This document shows, piece after piece, positions 54,611-64,000 of a stretch of 64,000 nucleotides of DNA (position 1 is its first letter; each line of letters starts with the position of its first letter). The stretch comes from Auanema rhodensis (Eukaryota; Animalia; Nematoda), in assembly GCA_964057225.1 (NCBI GenBank), contig OZ059897.1:1240001-1304000 (forward strand), read 5' to 3'. The notes beneath the pieces were generated by a model, which was given only the letters and a program-made list of their open reading frames with translations, was not told where the DNA came from and searched no databases. The position numbers and the translations under genes were made by a program.

Positions 54611-55269
54611 AAAAACGAGGATATAAGTGTGAACTTATATCAGTTGATATCTCGGTGAATTTTTAAGCTAGCGCAAATCTGATAACACAGATCGACGCCG
54701 CTCAAAAATACGCATCGAATGCACTATACTACATTGAGAAACGCTCAATACAAAAATTAGTTATGCTCGTTTGAAAAATGATTCATTAGTGTATGTTGAG
54801 TTTCCATGTACACTCAACATTGCTTCCAAAAACATTTTGACAAAAATTTTCCCGAAAAATTTCAAGATAATTTTACAAAAAGTAGATGTTTTTAGATTTC
54901 TTTTTTTAAGGCAAAGACGATGGACAATGTTATTCAACGAAAAAATTAATTCTTCAGGGTGAAAAACGAGGATATAAGTGTGAACTTATATCAGTTGATA
55001 TCTCGGTGCATTTTTAAGCTAGCGCAAATCTGATAACACAGATCGACGCCGCTCAAAAATACGCATCGAATGCACTATACTACATTGAGAAACGCTCAAT
55101 ACAAAAATTAGTTATGCTCGTTTGAAAAATGATTCATTAGTGTATGTTGAGTTTCCATGTACACTCAACATTGCTTCCAAAAACATTTTGACAAAAATTT
55201 TCCCGAAAAATTTCAAGATAATTTTACAAAAAGTAGATGTTTTTAGATTTCTTTTTTCAAGGCAAAAAC

Positions 55270-58200
55270 GATGGACAATGTTATTCAACGAAAAAATTAA
55301 TTCTTCAGGGTGAAAATCGAGGATATAAGTGTGAACTTATATCAGTTGATATCTCGGTGCATTTTTAAGCTAGCGCAAATCTAATAACACAGATCGACGC
55401 AGCTTAAAAATCCGCTTCGAATGCACTATACTACATTGAGAAACGCTCAATACAAAAATTATTTATGATTGTTTGAAAAATGATGCATTAGTGTATGTTG
55501 CGTTTCCATGTACACTCAACATTGCTTCCAAAAACATTGTGACAAAAATTTTCCCAAAAAATTTCAAGATAATTTTACAAAAAGTAGATGTTTTTAGATT
55601 TCTTTTTTCAAGGCAAAAACGATGGACAATGTTATTCAACGAAAAAATTAATTCTTCAGGGTGAAAATCGAGGATATAAGTGTGAACTTATATCAGTTGA
55701 TATCTCTTTGCATTTTTAAGCTAACGCAAATCTGATAACACAGATCGTCGCAGCTTAAAAATCCGCTTCGAATGCACTATACTACATTGAGAAACGCTCA
55801 ATACAAAAATTATTTATGATTGTTTGAAAAATGATGCATTAGTGTATGTTGCGTTTCCATGTACACTCAACATTGCTTCCAAAAACATTTTGACAAAAAT
55901 TTTCCCGAAAAATTTCAAGATAATTTTACAAAAAGTAGATGTTTTTAGATTTCTTTTTTTAAGGCAAAGACGATGGACAATGTTATTCAACGAAAAAATT
56001 AATTCTTCAGGGTGAAAATCGAGGATATAAGTGGGAACTTATATCAGTTGATATCTCGGTGCATTTTTAAGCTAGCGCAAATCTAATAACACAGATCGAC
56101 GCAGCTTAAAAATCCGCTTTGAATGCACTATACTACATTGAGAAACGCTCAATACAAAAATTATTTATGATTGTTTGAAAAATGATGCATTAGTGTATGT
56201 TGCGTTTCCATGTACACTCAACATTGCTTCCAAAAACATTTTGACAAAAATTTTCCCGAAAAATTTCAAGATAATTTTACAAAAAGTAGATGTTTTTAGA
56301 TTTCTTTTTTTAAGGCAAAGACGATGGACAATGTTATTCAACGAAAAAATTAATTCTTCAGGGTGAAAATCGAGGATATAAGTGTGAACTTATATCAGTT
56401 AATATCTCGGTGCATTTTTAAGCTAACTCAAATCTAATAACACAGATCGACGCAGCTTAAAAATCCGCATCGAATGCACTATATAACATTGAGAAACGCT
56501 CAATACAAAAATTATTTATGATTGTTTGAAAAATGATGCATTAGTGTATGTTGAGTTTCCATGTACACTCAACATTGCTTCCAAAAACATTTTGACAAAA
56601 ATTTTCCTGAAAAATTTCAAGATAATTTTACAGAAAGTAAATGTTTTTAGATTCCTTTTTTTAAGGCGAAAACGATGGACAATGTTATTCAACGAAAAAA
56701 TTAATTCTTCAGGGTGAAAATCGAGGATATAAGTGTGAACTTATATCAGTTAATATCTCGGTGCATTTTCAAGCCAACTCAAATCTAATAACACAGATCG
56801 ACGCAGCTTAAAAATCCGCATCGAATGCACTATATAACATTGAGAAACGCTCAATACAAAATTTATTTATGATTGTTTGAAAAATGATGCATTAGTGTAT
56901 GTTGAGTTTCCATGTACACTCAACATTGCTTCCAAAAACATTTTGACAAAAATTTTCCCGAAAAATTTCAAGATAATTTTACAAAAAGTAGATGTTCTTA
57001 GATTTCTTTTTTTAAGGCAAAGACGATGGACAATGTTATTCAACGAAAAAATTAATTCTTCAGGGTGAAAATCGAGGATATAAGTGTGAACTTATATCAG
57101 TTGATATCTCGGTGCATTTTTAAGCCAACTCAAATCTAATAACACAGATCGACGCAGCTTAAAAATCCGCATCGAATGCACTATATAACATTGAGAAACG
57201 CTCAATACAAAATTTATTTATGATTGTTTGAAAAATGATGCATTAGTGTATGTTGAGTTTCCATGTACACTCAACATTGCTTCCAAAAACATTTTGACAA
57301 AAATTTTCCCGAAAAATTTCAAGATAATTTTACAAAAAGTAGATGTTCTTAGATTTCTTTTTTTAAGGCAAAGACGATGGACAATGTTATTCAACGAAAA
57401 AATTAATTCTTCAGGGTGAAAATCGAGGATATAAGTGTGAACTTATATCAGTTGATATCTCGGTGCATTTTTAAGCTAGCGCAAATCTAATAACACAGAT
57501 CGACGCAGCTTAAAAATCCGCTTCGAATGCACTATACTACATTGAGAAACGCTCAATACAAAAATTATTTATGATTGTTTGAAAAATGATGCATTAGTGT
57601 ATGTTGCGTTGCCATGTACACTCAACATTGCTTCCAAAAACATTTTGACAAAAATTTTCCCGAAAAATTTCAAGATAATTTTACAAAAAGTAGATGTTTT
57701 TAGATTTCTTTTTTTAAGGCAAAGACGATGGACAATGTTATTCAACGAAAAAATTAATTCTTCAGGGTGAAAATCGAGGATATAAGTGTGAACTTATATC
57801 AGTTGATATCTCTTTGCATTTTTAAGCTAACGCAAATCTGATAACACAGATCGTCGCAGCTTAAAAATCCGCTTCGAATGCACTATACTACATTGAGAAA
57901 CGCTCAATACAAAAATTATTTATGATTGTTTGAAAAATGATGCATTAGTGTATGTTGCGTTTCCATGTACACTCAACATTGCTTCCAAAAACATTTTGAC
58001 AAAAATTTTCCCGAAAAATTTCAAGATAATTTTACAAAAAGTAGATGTTTTTAGATTTCTTTTTTTAAGGCAAAGACGATGGACAATGTTATTCAACGAA
58101 AAAATTAATTCTTCAGGGTGAAAATCGAGGATATAAGTGTGAACTTATATCAGTTGATATCTCGGTGCATTTTTAAGCTAACGCAAATCTGATAACACAG

Positions 58201-61200
58201 ATCGTGGCAGCTTAAAAATCCGCTTCGAATGCACTATACTACATTGAGAAACGCTCAATACAAAAATTATTTATGATTGTTTGAAAAATGATGCATTAGT
58301 GTATGTTGCGTTTCCATGTACACTCAACATTGCTTCCAAAAACATTTTGACAAAAATTTTCCCGAAAAATTTCAAGATAATTTTACAAAAAGTAGATGTT
58401 TTTAGATTTCTTTTTTTAAGGCAAAGACGATGGACAATGTTATTCAACGAAAAAATTAATTCTTCAGGGTGAAAATCGAGGATATAAGTGTGAACTTATA
58501 TCAGTTAATATCTCGGTGCATTTTCAAGCCAACTCAAATCTAATAACACAGATCGACGCAGCTTAAAAATCCGCATCGAATGCACTATATAACATTGAGA
58601 AACGCTCAATACAAAAATTAGTTATGCTCGTTTGAAAAATGATTCATTAGTGTATGTTGAGTTTCCATGTACACTCAACATTGCTTCCAAAAACATTTTG
58701 ACAAAAATTTTCCCGAAAAATTTCAAGATAATTTTACAAAAAGTAGATGTTTTTAGATTTCTTTTTTTAAGGCAAAGACGATGGACAATGTTATTCAACG
58801 AAAAAATTAATTCTTCAGGGTGAAAATCGAGGATATAAGTGTGAACTTATATCAGTTGATATCTCGGTGCATTTTTAAGCTAGCGCAAATCTAATAACAC
58901 AGATCGACGCAGCTTAAAAATCCGCTTCGAATGCACTATACTACATTGAGAAACGCTCAATACAAAAATTATTTATGATTGTTTGAAAAATGATGCATTA
59001 GTGTATGTTGCGTTTCCATGTACACTCAACATTGCTTCCAAAAACATTGTGACAAAAATTTTCCCAAAAAATTTCAAGATAATTTTACAAAAAGTAGATG
59101 TTTTTAGATTTCTTTTTTCAAGGCAAAAACGATGGACAATGTTATTCAACGAAAAAATTAATTCTTCAGGGTGAAAATCGAGGATATAAGTGTGAACTTA
59201 TATCAGTTGATATCTCTTTGCATTTTTAAGCTAACGCAAATCTGATAACACAGATCGTCGCAGCTTAAAAATCCGCTTCGAATGCACTATACTACATTGA
59301 GAAACGCTCAATACAAAAATTATTTATGATTGTTTGAAAAATGATGCATTAGTGTATGTTGCGTTTCCATGTACACTCAACATTGCTTCCAAAAACATTT
59401 TGACAAAAATTTTCCCGAAAAATTTCAAGATAATTTTACAAAAAGTAGATGTTTTTAGATTTCTTTTTTTAAGGCAAAGACGATGGACAATGTTATTCAA
59501 CGAAAAAATTAATTCTTCAGGGTGAAAATCGAGGATATAAGTGGGAACTTATATCAGTTGATATCTCGGTGCATTTTTAAGCTAGCGCAAATCTAATAAC
59601 ACAGATCGACGCAGCTTAAAAATCCGCTTTGAATGCACTATACTACATTGAGAAACGCTCAATACAAAAATTATTTATGATTGTTTGAAAAATGATGCAT
59701 TAGTGTATGTTGCGTTTCCATGTACACTCAACATTGCTTCCAAAAACATTTTGACAAAAATTTTCCCGAAAAATTTCAAGATAATTTTACAAAAAGTAGA
59801 TGTTTTTAGATTTCTTTTTTTAAGGCAAAGACGATGGACAATGTTATTCAACGAAAAAATTAATTCTTCAGGGTGAAAATCGAGGATATAAGTGTGAACT
59901 TATATCAGTTAATATCTCGGTGCATTTTTAAGCTAACTCAAATCTAATAACACAGATCGACGCAGCTTAAAAATCCGCATCGAATGCACTATATAACATT
60001 GAGAAACGCTCAATACAAAAATTATTTATGATTGTTTGAAAAATGATGCATTAGTGTATGTTGAGTTTCCATGTACACTCAACATTGCTTCCAAAAACAT
60101 TTTGACAAAAATTTTCCTGAAAAATTTCAAGATAATTTTACAGAAAGTAAATGTTTTTAGATTCCTTTTTTTAAGGCGAAAACGATGGACAATGTTATTC
60201 AACGAAAAAATTAATTCTTCAGGGTGAAAATCGAGGATATAAGTGTGAACTTATATCAGTTAATATCTCGGTGCATTTTCAAGCCAACTCAAATCTAATA
60301 ACACAGATCGACGCAGCTTAAAAATCCGCATCGAATGCACTATATAACATTGAGAAACGCTCAATACAAAATTTATTTATGATTGTTTGAAAAATGATGC
60401 ATTAGTGTATGTTGAGTTTCCATGTACACTCAACATTGCTTCCAAAAACATTTTGACAAAAATTTTCCCGAAAAATTTCAAGATAATTTTACAAAAAGTA
60501 GATGTTCTTAGATTTCTTTTTTTAAGGCAAAGACGATGGACAATGTTATTCAACGAAAAAATTAATTCTTCAGGGTGAAAATCGAGGATATAAGTGTGAA
60601 CTTATATCAGTTGATATCTCGGTGCATTTTTAAGCCAACTCAAATCTAATAACACAGATCGACGCAGCTTAAAAATCCGCATCGAATGCACTATATAACA
60701 TTGAGAAACGCTCAATACAAAATTTATTTATGATTGTTTGAAAAATGATGCATTAGTGTATGTTGAGTTTCCATGTACACTCAACATTGCTTCCAAAAAC
60801 ATTTTGACAAAAATTTTCCCGAAAAATTTCAAGATAATTTTACAAAAAGTAGATGTTCTTAGATTTCTTTTTTTAAGGCAAAGACGATGGACAATGTTAT
60901 TCAACGAAAAAATTAATTCTTCAGGGTGAAAATCGAGGATATAAGTGTGAACTTATATCAGTTGATATCTCGGTGCATTTTTAAGCTAGCGCAAATCTAA
61001 TAACACAGATCGACGCAGCTTAAAAATCCGCTTCGAATGCACTATACTACATTAAGAAACGCTCAATACAAAAATTATTTATGATTGTTTGAAAAATGAT
61101 GCATTAGTGTATGTTGCGTTTCCATGTACACTCAACATTGCTTCCAAAAACATTTTGACAAAAATTTTCCCGAAAAATTTCAAGATAATTTTACAAAAAG

Positions 61201-62010
61201 TAGATGTTTTTAGATTTCTTTTTTTAAGGCAAAGACGATGGACAATGTTATTCAACGAAAAAATTAATTCTTCAGGGTGAAAATCGAGGATATAAGTGTG
61301 AACTTATATCAGTTGATATCTCTTTGCATTTTTAAGCTAACGCAAATCTGATAACACAGATCGTCGCAGCTTAAAAATCCGCTTCGAATGCACTATACTA
61401 CATTGAGAAACGCTCAATACAAAAATTATTTATGATTGTTTGAAAAATGATGCATTAGTGTATGTTGCGTTTCCATGTACACTCAACATTGCTTCCAAAA
61501 ACATTTTGACAAAAATTTTCCCGAAAAATTTCAAGATAATTTTACAAAAAGTAGATGTTTTTAGATTTCTTTTTTTAAGGCAAAGACGATGGACAATGTT
61601 ATTCAACGAAAAAATTAATTCTTCAGGGTGAAAATCGAGGATATAAGTGTGAACTTATATCAGTTGATATCTCGGTGCATTTTTAAGCTAACGCAAATCT
61701 GATAACACAGATCGTGGCAGCTTAAAAATCCGCTTCGAATGCACTATACTACATTGAGAAACGCTCAATACAAAAATTATTTATGATTGTTTGAAAAATG
61801 ATGCATTAGTGTATGTTGCGTTTCCATGTACACTCAACATTGCTTCCAAAAACATTTTGACAAAAATTTTCCCGAAAAATTTCAAGATAATTTTACAAAA
61901 AGTAGATGTTTTTAGATTTCTTTTTTTAAGGCAAAGACGATGGACAATGTTATTCAACGAAAAAATTAATTCTTCAGGGTGAAAATCGAGGATATAAGTG
62001 TGAACTTATA
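55270..62010 (+). repeat. Sat351 tandem duplication of a 10-monomer block (3510 bp)
   Basis: The private variants CATTGTGAC (55473/58983 monomers), GTGGGAAC (~56031/~59541) and ATCGTGGC (~58201/~61711) are all offset by 3510. Confidence 0.9.
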
Positions 62011-64000
62011 TCAGTTAATATCTCGGTGCATTTTTAAGCTAACTCAAATCTAATAACACAGATCGACGCAGCTTAAAAATCCGCATCGAATGCACTATAT
62101 AACATTGAGAAACGCTCAATACAAAAATTATTTATGATTGTTTGAAAAATGATGCATTAGTGTATGTTGAGTTTCCATGTACACTCAACATTGCTTCCAA
62201 AAACATTTTGACAAAAATTTTCCTGAAAAATTTCAAGATAATTTTACAGAAAGCAAATGTTTTTAGATTCCTTTTTTTAAGGCGAAAACGATGGACAATG
62301 TTATTCAACGAAAAAATTAATTCTTCAGGGTGAAAATCGAGGATATAAGTGTGAACTTATATCAGTTGATATCTCGGTGCATATTTAAGCTAGCGCAAAT
62401 CTAATAACACAGATCGACGCAGCTTAAAAATCCGCATCGAATGCACTATATAACATTGAGAAACGCTCAATACAAAAATTATTTATGATTGTTTGAAAAA
62501 TGATGCATTAGTGTATGTTGCGTTTCCATGTACACTCAACATTGCTTCCAAAAACATTTTGACAAAAATTTTCCCGAAAAATTTCAAGATAATTTTACAA
62601 AAAGTAGATGTTTTTAGATTTCTTTTTTTAAGGCAAAGACGATGGACAATGTTATTCAACGAAAAAATTAATTCTTCAGGGTGAAAATCGAGGATATAAG
62701 TGTGAACTTATATCAGTTAATATCTCGGTGCATTTTTAAGCTAACTCAAATCTAATAACACAGATCGACGCAGCTTAAAAATCCGCATCGAATGCACTAT
62801 ATAACATTGAGAAACGCTCAATACAAAAATTATTTATGATTGTTTGAAAAATGATGCATTAGTGTATGTTGAGTTTCCATGTACACTCAACATTGCTTCC
62901 AAAAACATTTTGACAAAAATTTTCCTGAAAAATTTCAAGATAATTTTACAGAAAGTAGATGTTTTTAGATTTCTTTTTTTAAGGCAAAGACGATGGACAA
63001 TGTTATTCAACGAAAAAATTAATTCTTCAGGGTGAAAATCGAGGTTATAAATGTGAACTTCTATCAGTTAATATCTCGGTGCATTTTTAAGCTAACTCAA
63101 ATCTAATAACACAGATCGACGCAGCTTAAAAATCCGCTTCGAATGCACTATACTACATTGAGAAACGCTCAATACAAAAATTATTTATGATTGTTTGAAA
63201 AATGATGCATTAGTGTATGTTGCGTTTCCATGTACACTCAACATTGCTTCCAAAAACATTTTGACAAAAATTTTCCTGAAAAATTTCAAGATAATTTTAC
63301 AAAAAGTAGATGTTTTTAGATTTCTTTTTTTAAGGCAAAGACGATGGACAATGTTATTCAACGAAAAAATTAATTCTTCAGGGTGAAAATCGAGGATATA
63401 AGTGTGAACTTATATCAGTTGATATCTCGGTGCATTTTTAAGCTAACGCAAATCTGATAACACAGATCGTCGCAGCTTAAAAATCCGCTTCGAATGCACT
63501 ATACTACATTGAGAAACGCTCAATACAAAAATTATTTATGATTGTTTGAAAAATGATGCATTAGTGTATGTTGCGTTTCCATGTACACTCAACATTGCTT
63601 CCAAAAACATTTTGACAAAAATTTTCCCGAAAAATTTCAAGATAATTTTACAAAAAGTAGATGTTTTTAGATTTCTTTTTTTAAGGGAAAGACGATGGAC
63701 ATTGTTATTCAACGAAAAAATTAATTCTTCAGGGTGAAAATCGAGGATATAAGTGTGAACTTATATCAGTTGATATCTCGGTGCATTTTTAAGCTAACGC
63801 AAATCTGATAACACAGATCGACGCAGCTTAAAAATCCGCTTCGAATGCACTATACTACATTGAGAAACGCTCAATACAAAAATTATTTATGATTGTTTGA
63901 AAAATGATGCATTAGTGTATGTTGCGTTTCCATGTACACTCAACATTGCTTCCAAAAACATTTTGACAAAAATTTTCCCGAAAAATTTCAAGATAATTTT

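Larger units (their letters stand above)
6909..64000 (+). repeat. Satellite array, 351-bp monomer (Sat351), ~163 head-to-tail copies, open at window end
   Basis: ORF-track starts are spaced at exact multiples of 351, apart from single-base indels near 16145, 33694, 35237, 35600 and 53500. Monomers differ only by scattered recurrent substitutions. Confidence 0.98.

Noticed and set aside
7387-63737. 111 near-identical ORFs (63 aa, one 80 aa; MKNDALVYVEFPCTLN...) read as a tandem small-protein gene array
   Set aside because: The 'M' is TTG, not ATG. About 50 monomers lose the ORF through TTG>TCG or nonsense changes (TAA, TGA) that were themselves amplified. The K/F/I/N-rich composition simply reflects A/T tracts, and I recognise no domain. 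The ORF is a by-product of the repeat; Ribo-seq or proteomics would be needed to revive it.
6909-64000. CRISPR array, integron cassette array or other repeat-spacer system
   Set aside because: The units contain hairpins, but there are no unique spacers or cassettes; the whole unit is repeated. No cas or integrase gene is present.
6909-64000. 5S rRNA, tRNA, snRNA or spliced-leader RNA tandem gene array
   Set aside because: I recognise no 5S, tRNA, Pol III A/B box or spliced-leader sequence, and the unit is too AT-rich. An Infernal/Rfam scan would settle it.
1-64000. Assignment to a named satellite family or species (insect/beetle-like by length and AT content)
   Set aside because: I do not recognise the sequence with confidence. 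It needs BLASTn, Dfam or Repbase searches with both consensus monomers.

Overview
This window contains no genes. It is entirely AT-rich tandem satellite DNA, typical of eukaryotic (peri)centromeric or heterochromatic sequence; the organism cannot be identified from sequence alone. It has three parts. (1) 1-6216: about 34 head-to-tail copies of a 181-182-bp satellite (Sat182) built from a few monomer variants, with dimeric (363 bp) and irregular 7-12-mer higher-order structure. (2) 6217-6908: about 4 copies of the same satellite in the opposite orientation, forming a macro-inverted repeat. (3) 6909-64000: about 163 copies of a different, highly homogeneous 351-bp satellite (Sat351) that runs off the window end. 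The 111 '63-aa ORFs' in the track are one per intact Sat351 monomer, start at TTG and are not credible genes. The points of interest are structural: an inversion exactly at the junction of two satellite families; a Sat351 monomer dense in hairpins, whose array starts precisely at the loop of one of them (a TIR/TSD-like layout); short motifs shared by the two satellites; and a layered history of variant domains and 3-18-mer block duplications in Sat351.
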